NCBI GenBank assembly: GCA_020853795.1
Contig: JADYYF010000136.1
Coordinates: forward strand, 5,705-69,704
DNA from: Candidatus Zixiibacteriota bacterium
Lineage (GTDB): Bacteria > Zixibacteria > MSB-5A5 > CAIYYT01
Direction: 5' to 3'
Length of the DNA: 64,000 nt
The notes under the pieces are model-generated. The model had not been told where the DNA came from, searched no databases, and saw only the letters and a program-made list of their open reading frames with translations. Positions 1-10,778 of the stretch are shown one piece after another (within the stretch, counting starts at the first letter, position 1; each line of letters begins with the position of its first letter). The translations under genes were made by a program, and so were the position numbers.

Positions 1-2274
<2,274 letters not shown>

Positions 2275-2330
2275 TCTGCAATCCCGTCCTGAAGGTCAAA
2301 ATAATTTGCGCCAATATATGAGTTTTATGC

Positions 2331-2383
2331 CAAAAACAAAAGTGCTGCAGTGAAATTCCGCTTGCGGAACTTCACTGCAGCAC
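2331..2383 (-). terminator. rho-independent terminator downstream of the basic-protein gene; lies just upstream of the ppdK start
   Basis: The arms gtgctgcagtgaa / ttcactgcagcac (2342-2354 and 2371-2383) give a 13-bp perfect stem, with further inner pairs. On the minus strand the hairpin is followed by UUUUGUUUUUG (plus-strand caaaaacaaaa, 2331-2341). Confidence 0.6.
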
Positions 2384-2412
2384 CAGCGCGCTAAGTGCTT
2401 GAGAGAGAATCT

Positions 2413-2769
2413 CTACATGGTGAACATTTTTTCGCCGGCGATGATCTTCTGCAAGATCTTAAGGGTTTTTTCGGCTGGCGAGTGCATGATGTCGTGGGTA
2501 TTGTAGGTCAGCCTGACGTTGTCGCGGCGGAACTCCAAGGCGTTCTTGCCTTTAGCTCCTGGTGCGCGCTGTTTCTTCTTGTGCAGCAGGTTGTACTGGC
2601 GTTGGTATTCCTTGGCTTTTTCGCGGTGGGCCAGGTAATACTGCCGCTGGTACTCCTGCCGACGGCGTTTGGCTTCCTCGGGAGAAAGCGGCTCTTTGCG
2701 CCGACGTCTGGATTTTGTGAGGGTAATTTTCGTCATCCCCGCCTTCCGTGGCCTGAAGGTTTCGGTCAC
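2413..2769 (-). CDS. hypothetical, highly basic coiled-coil-like small protein (118 aa)
   Basis: ORF track. The product is K/R-rich with an internal repeat: EYQRQYYLAHREKAKEYQRQYNLLHKKK. A sigma70-like promoter candidate sits upstream and a terminator downstream. No family was recognised. Confidence 0.5.
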   Translation of the reverse strand: MTETFRPRKAGMTKITLTKSRRRRKEPLSPEEAKRRRQEYQRQYYLAHREKAKEYQRQYNLLHKKKQRAPGAKGKNALEFRRDNVRLTYNTHDIMHSPAEKTLKILQKIIAGEKMFTM

Positions 2770-2829
2770 TCGTTCAAATTTCCAAAAAACCCTTGAATGC
2801 TGCGGGTTCCAAAAAGCATTTACGCAACT

Positions 2830-2858
2830 AATTTAACCCGTTGCACTTACCCTGTCAA
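2830..2858 (-). promoter_or_regulatory. putative sigma70-type promoter (TTGACA-N17-TAAATT) for the basic-protein gene
   Basis: Minus-strand reading: TTGACAgggtaagtgcaacgggtTAAATT. The -35 element is at 2853-2858 and the -10 at 2830-2835, about 55 nt upstream of the ATG at 2769. Confidence 0.3.
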
Positions 2859-2987
2859 GGGATTTTTTCGAGTTTTTGGCACTTTTTTCTTGATTTTTAG
2901 TGTTTTTTGTAAGCCGATCGGCGGAAATCGATTCCGGAACTTCAAGATTTGCACCTTGAGGGACACCGGAAGTACTGGGACGGTCAA

Positions 2988-3016
2988 TTAATACAATGTA
3001 GAGAGTGATTTGTCAA
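2988..3016 (-). promoter_or_regulatory. second putative sigma70-type promoter (TTGACA-N17-TATTAA), same orientation, in the AT-rich intergenic region
   Basis: Minus-strand reading: TTGACAaatcactctctacattgTATTAA. Both promoter candidates carry the TTGACAGGG/TTGACAAAT -35 context; the plus-strand word tgtcaaggg occurs at 2853-2861 and 3011-3019. Confidence 0.25.
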
Positions 3017-3054
3017 GGGGGAAACGATGGGGAACGTTGTAACATCCTCGTCTC

Positions 3055-3151
3055 CGGCCCCTCTCCCTCGAAGGGAGAGGGAAGTCGGCGTCATTCTCGC
3101 GCAGGTGGGAATCCAGGTTGGCGGTTCGCCGGAGGCGGGAGGGAAGCGTCA
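3055..3151. repeat. composite palindromic intergenic repeat, copy 1 (degenerate)
   Basis: ccggcccctctccctcgaagggagaggg...gtcattctcgcgcaggtgggaatccaggttggcggttcgccggaggcgggagggaagcgtcag. It has two internal hairpins and is about 90% identical to copy 2. Confidence 0.7.
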
Positions 3152-3381
3152 GATTGTCGGAGCGGAGATTGCTTAGTCGCGGTGGTTGGTTGTGAAAGGT
3201 GTCAGGATGCGGGCGCTCCTCGCGATGACAGGATGGGGCATTCCGGTAGAATTGTGGAGATCGAAAGTGCGGGACCGGGCGATGAATACAACCCCTTACC
3301 TTCTTTGTTAATGGGGAATCGAGAATCGCAAGCGCAGTGGAGACTCTTCCGGAGCTGACGGAACGAGTATGACCCTCACCC

Positions 3382-3479
3382 CCGGCCCCTCTCCCAACGG
3401 GAGAGGGGAGGGCGACGTCATTCCCGCGCAGGCGGGAATCCAGGTTGGCGGTTCGCGTGAGGCGGGAGGGAAGCGTCAG
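3382..3479. repeat. composite palindromic intergenic repeat, copy 2 (intact core GTCATTCCCGCGCAGGCGGGAATCCAG)
   Basis: cccctctcccaacgggagagggg is a 10-bp-stem hairpin. attcccgcgcaggcgggaat is a perfect ATTCCC-N8-GGGAAT palindrome (3419-3438). In frame the element reads VIPAQAGIQ, and its reverse complement reads LDSRLRGNDG. Confidence 0.7.
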
Positions 3480-3647
3480 GTCGCCTCGCGCGGATGAGGA
3501 TAGTGGTTCTTCCAGAATGACGGCGCGCGAAAAGACCTGACGCACCCTCAGCTAGCTTGAGAGCGGGTGCTCGGGACCACAAGAAGACGGGGCGGCCTGT
3601 GGGCCGCCCCGGAGTTGTCAGGTCGAATGCTGCAATCGTAAGGCGGG

Positions 3648-4325
3648 TTAGGTAAACATCTCCCACCAGCTCTTGATGTATTGCACGCGCTGGATGAAGA
3701 GCGAGATACGCGCCATGACGGTGTAGCCGAAAGAGGCGCCGAATCCGATCATCAACGTGTAGATACCGAGCTTGGCCAAGCCACCGAACCAACCCTTGTG
3801 CTCCTTGGAGAAGAAGAAATAAACCAGCGAGGCGATCACGAGGATCACCAGGATAACATCCCAGATGCCGGAGGGAATTCCAAAGAAGCCGGGTTTGGCA
3901 AAGTCAAAGCCGGTCTGGCCGACGGTACCGTAAACCTGCTGGATGACGCGGTTGCGCATCTCCAGCGGGATGGCGATACCGGTAGCGATACCGATATAGA
4001 GCGCGATTGGGTAACGGCTGACCCACGACCACTTTTTCGAGAAGCGGGCCCACATGAGGACACCGAGAATCAGCGGAAGCAGATAATAAAGCTGATCGAA
4101 CCTGGGCGTCCAGGTGTTGCTCATGAAGAGGTGGTCCAGGAGGTTTGGCCGCAGCCCGTTGTAGTAGAGAATGATGACGAAGTAACCGGCGGACACGCCG
4201 ACCACGAGATGTTCGGCGAACTTGTAGAAGGGGTTATCCTTGTACAAGAACGAGAAGGTCGACAGCGTCAAGAAGACGCCGAGGGTGGTCCACCAGAAGG
4301 TTTCCCAGTTCAGGGCCTGTTCCAT
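3648..4325 (-). CDS. module 1, subunit A: 6-TM integral membrane protein of unknown family (225 aa)
   Basis: Paralog of 7125..7940 and 10779..11414, sharing the motifs FLYKDNPFY(K/R)FAEH and YFFFSKEH(K/R)G.FG...FGASFGYTVM. The ATG lies 1 nt after the subunit B stop (TAGgATG) and is preceded by an AAGGAG Shine-Dalgarno. Confidence 0.7.
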   Translation of the reverse strand: MEQALNWETFWWTTLGVFLTLSTFSFLYKDNPFYKFAEHLVVGVSAGYFVIILYYNGLRPNLLDHLFMSNTWTPRFDQLYYLLPLILGVLMWARFSKKWSWVSRYPIALYIGIATGIAIPLEMRNRVIQQVYGTVGQTGFDFAKPGFFGIPSGIWDVILVILVIASLVYFFFSKEHKGWFGGLAKLGIYTLMIGFGASFGYTVMARISLFIQRVQYIKSWWEMFT

Positions 4326-4326
4326 C

Positions 4327-5208
4327 CTACATCTCCTTCTTTCTCTTGGCCTTCTCGCGTTTATCGAGGAAGTAGCCGATGTTGCCGATCACGATGAAGC
4401 CGATGATGACGATATGGGCGAAGGTTTGGACGCCCATCGCCTCGGTCGCCGGACCGGGGTTCTTGCAGAGGAACTCGTATTCCGCCGCGCCTTTCATACC
4501 GCCCATCAGACCGATGATCTGCTTGGACTGGTAGAAGGGATAGTAGTCAGAGGCGGAAACGCCGGTGAGGCCGAGAGCGACTTTGACGCCGTAGCGGCCA
4601 TTACCGTAGGCGATCCAGGCATCGGCGACATTGGAGCCGGTGATGTCGATGACACCGGCGATCTGGTCGTAGTTCTGGATCTTGGCCATAATCGGCATGG
4701 AGTCGAGCGGAGTGGAGTAGTAATCCTTCGGGAAGGGGATACGGAAGTTCTGTCCCATACCGAGGATGACGAGCGCAAAGTACGGTCGATAGCCGAGGAA
4801 GACGTAATCCTTGCCGTACTCGGGGGTGTAGCCATGGTACATTTTCACGGAATCCACCACAGCTTTGACCGCCTGTTCGGCCATACCAGCGCCGTTCTGT
4901 GACAGCGTCAGGGTGACCAGTTTAAGGCGTTTGGCCAGCGCCTGCTCCATGATGGCGAAGGCCATCGGGTGGAGTTCGGCGAGGGCGTTGGGATCGTAGT
5001 CGATCGCCACGAGCAGGTTTTGTCCCGGCTCGAGGTTTTCGACGAAATCATAAATTGCGCGCACTTCGTCAGAGACGACGGGCTTGACGGAGAAGCCGAG
5101 GATGAGCGGGACGACCACGAAGATCGCCAGCACGAGGAAGACCCAGCGCCGGTCGATGCTCATCAGGCGTTCGTTGAAGGTCAACTTCTTGTCGGTTTCA
5201 TTAGTCAT
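4327..5208 (-). CDS. module 1, subunit B: N-terminal TM anchor, ~230-aa extracytoplasmic domain, C-terminal TM helix and basic tail (293 aa)
   Basis: Paralog of 7933..8844 and 11417..12412. Shared features are DYDP.A.AELHPMA.A and the C-terminal AH.V.I.FIIIGN...F followed by K/R. Shine-Dalgarno AGGAGGG. Confidence 0.7.
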   Translation of the reverse strand: MTNETDKKLTFNERLMSIDRRWVFLVLAIFVVVPLILGFSVKPVVSDEVRAIYDFVENLEPGQNLLVAIDYDPNALAELHPMAFAIMEQALAKRLKLVTLTLSQNGAGMAEQAVKAVVDSVKMYHGYTPEYGKDYVFLGYRPYFALVILGMGQNFRIPFPKDYYSTPLDSMPIMAKIQNYDQIAGVIDITGSNVADAWIAYGNGRYGVKVALGLTGVSASDYYPFYQSKQIIGLMGGMKGAAEYEFLCKNPGPATEAMGVQTFAHIVIIGFIVIGNIGYFLDKREKAKRKKEM

Positions 5209-5220
5209 CGTTGGACCCTC

Positions 5221-5841
5221 CTAATCCCTTCCCAGGTACGAACGTTCGATGCCCAGCACGACTTTGAGAGCGGTCGCGACGATGCCCAGCCCGACGCCGA
5301 TCCAGATGGCGCGTTTGGCGGCGAGGTTGGGAACGAGCAGGATCCAATTGGAAACGACGGTGACGGCGTCCGAAAGCGGTCCCATCGGGATGACGCGGGC
5401 CATCAGGATGAAGGCGGCGATCAGCAGCACGCTCGAGAGCACCGAGCGGGCGCGGAAGGCGCGGTAGGCGGCGGACGCGATGAAGAACGCCAGCAGCGAG
5501 AACATCGTCGACTGGATCGGAATCATGATGTGATCGAAAAAGTGCGTAAACATGTAGCTCTCGAGGCCGCCCATGAAGGTGAAGCCGAAGAGGATCATGC
5601 CGAACAAGCCGGCGAGAGCGACATACGAGTAGAAATAGCCTTCCTGCTTCGTCTTGATCTTGTGGTAGCTGACGCGGATCAGCGACCAGATACCGAGGGC
5701 GAGAGCGAAGATGCCGATGATGATGGTCCAGTCAATGAGGAATTCATAGGCTTTCTCGGAGAATTCCGCCGGGACGAAGTACTGGATCACCATAAAGACG
5801 CCGGCGAGGAAGACGACTAACAGCGGTAATTGACGTTTCAT
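5221..5841 (-). CDS. module 1, subunit C: 6-TM integral membrane protein of unknown family (206 aa)
   Basis: Paralog of 8846..9520 and 12416..13087. Conserved motifs are P(L/I)QSTMFSLLAFF(I/V)ASA(A/S)YRAFRA(R/K) and LGIERSYLG. Shine-Dalgarno AGGAGGAGGA. Confidence 0.7.
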   Translation of the reverse strand: MKRQLPLLVVFLAGVFMVIQYFVPAEFSEKAYEFLIDWTIIIGIFALALGIWSLIRVSYHKIKTKQEGYFYSYVALAGLFGMILFGFTFMGGLESYMFTHFFDHIMIPIQSTMFSLLAFFIASAAYRAFRARSVLSSVLLIAAFILMARVIPMGPLSDAVTVVSNWILLVPNLAAKRAIWIGVGLGIVATALKVVLGIERSYLGRD

Positions 5842-5856
5842 ACGACCGTCCTCCTC

Positions 5857-7098
5857 CTATGACTCGACCTGGAACAGAATCGCCATGAACTCCTTGGAGG
5901 AGGCCGCGCGAATCGCCAGTCCGATTAAGATGGTGAGAATGACAACGCCCTTGGCCCAGTCCTGCGCCTTGAGGGTACCCATGAGGATCGGTTCGCGATT
6001 GAGATACACGCTGGCGGCATAGAGTTCCTCGCCGATAAGCGTGTAGTCGCAAGCCACGACAAAGAAGGGCAGCTGGGCGATTTCGTCGGTGCCGGCGATT
6101 TGGATCGATCCGGCAACCGCGCCGGTTTCGGCTAGCAGCAGCGACTCGGCGTAGAATTTGCCGAGGTAGACGTTGGTGGCCGGACGCTCGCGGAGCATAG
6201 TGCCGTTGACCGCGGCGACATAAGCAAACTGCGACTGGGTCACGAAGTAGACGGAGTCGGGCTTGAAGTCGTCGGGACGGCCGGCATCGGAGTAACCGGT
6301 CTTGACCGTTTCTTCCGCGACGGTCAGTACGATCGGGTCGTAGCACGGCACGAGGATCGGTGTCTGATACTCGGCGACCTTCTTGGCAACGCGGCCGAGC
6401 ACGGAGAAGGAGGCGATGGTCGCGATGTCGGAGGCGGTGCCGAGACCGAGGACGTAGAGAATCGGACGGCCCATTTCAGTGGCGCGGCCAATGGCTTCGT
6501 CGACGGCGTCGATGCCGGCGAGAGGCCGGACATAGAGGGTGCGGCCCGACTTGGCGGCGTTGATGAAGGCGATGGTGAGCAAAACGAAAATGATCACGAA
6601 GATCAGGACGATAACGCGTTTGGTGTTGAACCAGTTGTCGTGCGCCTGACCGACGGCGACAGCGGAGCGACCGGCGGCATCGGCGCTGACGGCATCAACG
6701 CGGTAGTACAAATCCGTCGCCTTAGGAATGAAGGCAGCCGACGCGGGATCGCGGGAGCCGCGGTCGACGTAGGCATGGGTGCCGCGGGCGACAGAGCCCC
6801 GTTCCACCCAAAGCGAGTCGGGGGCATCGGGCGACGTAGCCCGATAGATTCGGTAGCCCATGACGATGGCCCGGCCGGTGCTGTCGTCAGCGGAGGGTGT
6901 CCATTGGACGCGGAGCGAATGGCCGTTGTCATTGGGATTATCGGCGACCACGACATTCGTCGGCGGTGCCGGAGGGTCAGGGGCGGCAATCGCCGCCGGA
7001 GTTTGCACAATTGCGGTGTCGCTCTGCGCCAGCACGATAGCGGGCAGAAGCAGCATCGCAATTGCCGCAATCAGATAAATCGTACGTACCACATCCAC
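5857..7098 (-). CDS. module 1, subunit D: signal peptide, Fn3-like domain, TM helix, ~210-aa domain, C-terminal TM helix (413 aa)
   Basis: Paralog of 9528..10772 and 13100..14308. Invariant motifs are GRATEMGRP, AGRPD and FFV(A/V)(A/S)CDYTLIGEEL(F/Y)AAS.YL. The N-terminal ~110 aa follows an Fn3 pattern (L.V.W....D...Y.(I/V).R........Y.D......YYRV.AV). Shine-Dalgarno GAGGTGG. Confidence 0.7.
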   Translation of the reverse strand: MDVVRTIYLIAAIAMLLLPAIVLAQSDTAIVQTPAAIAAPDPPAPPTNVVVADNPNDNGHSLRVQWTPSADDSTGRAIVMGYRIYRATSPDAPDSLWVERGSVARGTHAYVDRGSRDPASAAFIPKATDLYYRVDAVSADAAGRSAVAVGQAHDNWFNTKRVIVLIFVIIFVLLTIAFINAAKSGRTLYVRPLAGIDAVDEAIGRATEMGRPILYVLGLGTASDIATIASFSVLGRVAKKVAEYQTPILVPCYDPIVLTVAEETVKTGYSDAGRPDDFKPDSVYFVTQSQFAYVAAVNGTMLRERPATNVYLGKFYAESLLLAETGAVAGSIQIAGTDEIAQLPFFVVACDYTLIGEELYAASVYLNREPILMGTLKAQDWAKGVVILTILIGLAIRAASSKEFMAILFQVES

Positions 7099-7124
7099 CT
7101 CATATCACAAAAAGGAATGATTTG

Positions 7125-7940
7125 TCACAATATATTCAACCAGTCGTGGAAGAGGAAGGTAATTCTGCCGACGAGCAGCGAGATACGGCCCATGACGGTG
7201 TAGCCGAACGATGCGCCGAAGGTAACCATGAGTACCCAGATGCCGATCCGGGAGGCGACACCGAAGGCGCCCTTGTGTTCTTTGGAGAAGAAGAAATAAA
7301 TCAGACCGCAGATAACGCCGACGAAAATGACCAGATTGGTCGCGATCATAGCCAATTGTCCTTCGGCGGAAAGTGAGAGCGTGCTGAAGAAGGGGCCGAT
7401 TCCCTGCCAGTCGGGCAGGATGGAGATAAAGGTGTTGTTCATCTGCTGGATGAAATCGGACTGCAGGTAACGCGGCAGATTCAGGCCGGCGGTGGTGCCG
7501 ATGATGAAGGCCAGCGGCCAGCGCGAGATCCAGCTCAACTTCGGGACGAGACGCATCAGCAAGATGATGCCGAGCGCAACGGGAATCAAGTAATGCCAGG
7601 AGAAGCCTTTGTATGGAACCTGGAAATACTCGGCGAAACTCGGCAACGTGCGCGGAATGAAGTTACCGACGATGGTGCTCCAGAATCCCTGGCACATCCA
7701 GTAGGCGGCGGAGATGCCGACGAAGAGGTGTTCGGCGAAACGATAAAACGGATTATCGCCATAGAGGAACGAGTAGATCGACAAAGTCAGGAACGCCGCC
7801 AGGGTCAGCAGGAAGGCATCGCGAACGGCGTGGTCTTCGGCAGCAGCAAGGCCGGATTGCGACTTGAGCAGCCAGCTAATGATGAACAGCACGGCGGCAC
7901 CGGCCATGATAATGCGCACCCACCTGGTGGAGTTAGCCAT
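7125..7940 (-). CDS. module 2, subunit A: 6-TM membrane protein (271 aa)
   Basis: Paralog of module 1 subunit A. Its ATG overlaps the subunit B2 stop (AATGGCTAA), indicating translational coupling. Confidence 0.7.
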   Translation of the reverse strand: MANSTRWVRIIMAGAAVLFIISWLLKSQSGLAAAEDHAVRDAFLLTLAAFLTLSIYSFLYGDNPFYRFAEHLFVGISAAYWMCQGFWSTIVGNFIPRTLPSFAEYFQVPYKGFSWHYLIPVALGIILLMRLVPKLSWISRWPLAFIIGTTAGLNLPRYLQSDFIQQMNNTFISILPDWQGIGPFFSTLSLSAEGQLAMIATNLVIFVGVICGLIYFFFSKEHKGAFGVASRIGIWVLMVTFGASFGYTVMGRISLLVGRITFLFHDWLNIL

Positions 7941-8844
7941 TCGTCACCTTCTTTCGCCGCGAGCGGAAGTAGGAAACGTTGCCGATGATGATAAACGCGA
8001 CAATGACGACGTGGGCCATCGTCTGCGGTCCCATCATCTGGAGCGCGGGTGTGTCGATATTGGCAAACTGCGGGTAGCGCTTGATCAGTTCGGATTCATA
8101 CTCGGCCGCGCCCTTGGTTCCTCCCAGCAGACCCACCAGCTGCCTCGGGTAGTAAGGATAGAGCAGTGGCGTGGAGACCGCAGCGGCGCCGCCGGCGGTG
8201 GGGATACCACCGCGGTCGCCGGCGAACAGCACCCATTCTTTGACGCCGGGTTTGCCGCCGCCGATCGAGATCAGCAGATCCATATCCTTGAGCGATTTGA
8301 CATCGGCCATCATCGGGAGCGAATCGAGCGGAGTGCCGTTGACATCCCCGGGGTACATTTTGCGAATATCGGTGATCACGACGTTAAGGACGCCCTCGTT
8401 GCCGGCCTTGTAGCCCATGTTGCAGTAGTCGATGCCGTAGCGGGCATCGGGAAACTCTTTCTTGAGGATGTCCTGCACGGTGACTTCGAGGAGTGATTGC
8501 CCGGTCGCCCAAAGAGAGAAGAAATAGATTTTGTGTTTCTTGGCGAGGGCGTGGCGGACGAAAGCGTTGGCCATGGGGTGGACTTCCGGCGCCATCGCGG
8601 GGTCGAAGTCGTAGGAGATGACGATCTTGGAGCCGGCGGGAAGTTGTTCGATCTTGTCGAACGCGGCTTTGACGATCGGCGTTGCCGACTCACCGAACTT
8701 CAACTGGAACAAGACAGCCAGGCAAACGGTGATGCCGATGAAGGTGAAGACGACGCGACGGTCAACGTCCTTCCCTTGCAGGGAGCGGATCAGGATCCAG
8801 AGGAGGCCGCCGCCGATGACGATCGCTGAAATCACAAAACCCAT
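7933..8844 (-). CDS. module 2, subunit B (start chosen at MGFVISAIV, ~303 aa)
   Basis: Paralog of module 1 subunit B. The chosen ATG is 1 nt after the C2 stop, the same spacing as in module 1. The ORF-track start at 8922 would overlap C2 by 77 nt. The protein has two N-terminal TM helices. Confidence 0.65.
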   Translation of the reverse strand: MGFVISAIVIGGGLLWILIRSLQGKDVDRRVVFTFIGITVCLAVLFQLKFGESATPIVKAAFDKIEQLPAGSKIVISYDFDPAMAPEVHPMANAFVRHALAKKHKIYFFSLWATGQSLLEVTVQDILKKEFPDARYGIDYCNMGYKAGNEGVLNVVITDIRKMYPGDVNGTPLDSLPMMADVKSLKDMDLLISIGGGKPGVKEWVLFAGDRGGIPTAGGAAAVSTPLLYPYYPRQLVGLLGGTKGAAEYESELIKRYPQFANIDTPALQMMGPQTMAHVVIVAFIIIGNVSYFRSRRKKVTNG

Positions 8845-8845
8845 A

Positions 8846-9520
8846 TCAGTTGTCCGATCCCAGGTAGCTGCGTTCGATGCCCAACAGGAGGCGCAGCGAC
8901 ATCGAGACGACGCCGAGCGCAATGCCGATCATGATGGCGCGTTGACCAGCGAGGTTGGGCGAATTCATAATCCAGATGGCGAGGTTCGGGATCTGCGCGA
9001 TCGAGAAGGAGTCGGGCACCCAGGCGGTCAGGATGGTGCCGAGCGGCGTGCGACCGAGCAGGATGACGAAGGCGGCGATCAGCAAGATGGTAGCCTCGGT
9101 GTTCTTGGCACGAAAGGCGCGGTATGACGCCGAGGCCACGAAGAACGCCAGCAGCGAGTACATGGTCGACTGGAGCGGCGACATGACGTACTTGAAGAGG
9201 AGTTGGAACCAGGAACCGGTGGCGTCGAGCGGCGCGCCGATGCCGCCGGTGTTGCCGATTTTGAAGAGGCCGACGTAGAGCATCGCCAGGAAGCCGACCA
9301 AGGTGACGACGGAGTAGCCCCAGTTGGCCGACTTGCGGGAGACCTTGGTGAAGTGGACGCGCAGGAGATTGCCGCCGCCGAGGAAGAAGGCGAAGACCGC
9401 GATGATGTCGAAGAAGAGCGAGGCCTCTTCGCCCCAGCTCTCCATCGGCGGGATGAAGACGGAGAACATCAGCACCCAGCCGACGACGACGATGATGAGC
9501 AGCGGAATCTGACGTTTCAT
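8846..9520 (-). CDS. module 2, subunit C: 6-TM membrane protein (start at MKRQIPLL, ~224 aa)
   Basis: Paralog of module 1 subunit C. The ORF-track start at 9565 is a TTG overlapping D2. The internal ATG begins with MKRQ.PLL, like C1 (MKRQLPLL), and lies a few nt after the D2 stop. Confidence 0.65.
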   Translation of the reverse strand: MKRQIPLLIIVVVGWVLMFSVFIPPMESWGEEASLFFDIIAVFAFFLGGGNLLRVHFTKVSRKSANWGYSVVTLVGFLAMLYVGLFKIGNTGGIGAPLDATGSWFQLLFKYVMSPLQSTMYSLLAFFVASASYRAFRAKNTEATILLIAAFVILLGRTPLGTILTAWVPDSFSIAQIPNLAIWIMNSPNLAGQRAIMIGIALGVVSMSLRLLLGIERSYLGSDN

Positions 9521-9527
9521 AAGCGCA

Positions 9528-10772
9528 TCAGCTGATCGAGAACATTCGATGCAGCAGTTCCTCAAGTGACTTCATAAATCCGATATCCCAGGCCTGTCCG
9601 ATCGTGGCGGCAACAACGCCGACGAAGATCGCAGCGAGGGCGATCGCCTTGCCGACATCCTGCCCTTTCAATGAGCCGAGCTGCTTGGGTTCCTCGGAGA
9701 GATAGGCCGAGGCCGCGAAGAGTTCCTCACCGATCAAGGTGTAATCGCAAGCGGCGACGAAGAAGGGCAGCTGCGCGGGCATGGCAGTACCGGCGATCTG
9801 GATCGCCTCGATCGAGTTGCCGGTCTCGGCGAGAATCAGCGACTCGGCGAAGAAGGCGCCGAGATAGAAACAGGTGGCCGGTTTTTGGCGCACCATGATG
9901 CCGTTGACGGCGGCGACATAGCCGAACTGCTCGTCGGTGGTGTAGTGGACCATGTCGTCGGAGTAGGCGTCGGGACGACCGGCGGTGGAATAGGCTTCCT
10001 TGATGATTTCGCGGCCGGCGGTCATGACCAGCGAGGCGCGGCACGGCATGTTGATCTGGGAATCATACTGCGCGATGGTGCGGGCGACGCGGCCAAGGAT
10101 AGTCAAGCCGGCGAGGGTCTGGACGTCATCCATGTCCTGCGTGCCGGCGACGAAGAGCACGGGACGGCCCATCTCGGTGGCACGGCCGACGGCCTCGTCG
10201 ATAGCCTCCAGGCCGGCGATGCGGCGCAGGAAGAGCTTCTTGCCGCGTTTGGCGGTTTCAATAAAGAGGATCACCGCGCCGCAGACGATCAGGCCGATGA
10301 CGACGACGGAGATTTTCGACCAGTTGAACCATTGCACGGTCGGCCAGGCGGGCGGCGACTCGACGGAAGGATAGGCGACGCCGTTGACGATGGCGGCGAC
10401 GCGATAGACAAACTCCGTTTCACCGACGGCGTTGTCGTCCGTCAATTCGCGCGCGCCGAAGGGAGCCGTGCCGATGACCGAAATCGAATCGGAGCGGACT
10501 TCGTGCCGCGTGACCTGAAAGCCTTCGAAACCGGGCAGGTTTTCGTAACCGGGGTCGGTCCAGGTGATGCGCAGTTGGCCGCCGTGGTCGTCGGGGACGT
10601 CAGCGACGGTGATTTCAAGCGGCGGCAGATTGAGTTGCGGTGGTGCCGTGGAGGAGTCAGCCGGCGGTAATTGCTGCGCGGCGAGGGCCGAGGCGACTAA
10701 CAACAAGCCGGCAAAGAAGATGACGACGGTGCGAACACGATACAGGCTTGAGAAAGTCTGCCGCACCAGCAT
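9528..10772 (-). CDS. module 2, subunit D: signal peptide, Fn3-like domain, TM, domain, TM (414 aa)
   Basis: Paralog of module 1 subunit D with the same invariant motifs. Its ATG lies only 6 nt after the module 3 subunit A stop (TAAacatccATG). Confidence 0.7.
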   Translation of the reverse strand: MLVRQTFSSLYRVRTVVIFFAGLLLVASALAAQQLPPADSSTAPPQLNLPPLEITVADVPDDHGGQLRITWTDPGYENLPGFEGFQVTRHEVRSDSISVIGTAPFGARELTDDNAVGETEFVYRVAAIVNGVAYPSVESPPAWPTVQWFNWSKISVVVIGLIVCGAVILFIETAKRGKKLFLRRIAGLEAIDEAVGRATEMGRPVLFVAGTQDMDDVQTLAGLTILGRVARTIAQYDSQINMPCRASLVMTAGREIIKEAYSTAGRPDAYSDDMVHYTTDEQFGYVAAVNGIMVRQKPATCFYLGAFFAESLILAETGNSIEAIQIAGTAMPAQLPFFVAACDYTLIGEELFAASAYLSEEPKQLGSLKGQDVGKAIALAAIFVGVVAATIGQAWDIGFMKSLEELLHRMFSIS

Positions 10773-10778
10773 GGATGT

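Noticed and set aside
3093-3438. Specific relationship of the ATTCCC-N8-GGGAAT core to Neisseria dRS3/NIME elements
   Set aside because: The resemblance covers a short simple palindrome only. The host is high-GC and T9SS-bearing, so lateral identity with neisserial elements is implausible without a database search.
2988-3545. 185-aa minus-strand ORF spanning both palindromic repeats
   Set aside because: The translation (…LDSRLRGNDV…, …LDSHLRENDA…) comes from the repeat elements themselves. This is a known class of spurious ORF.
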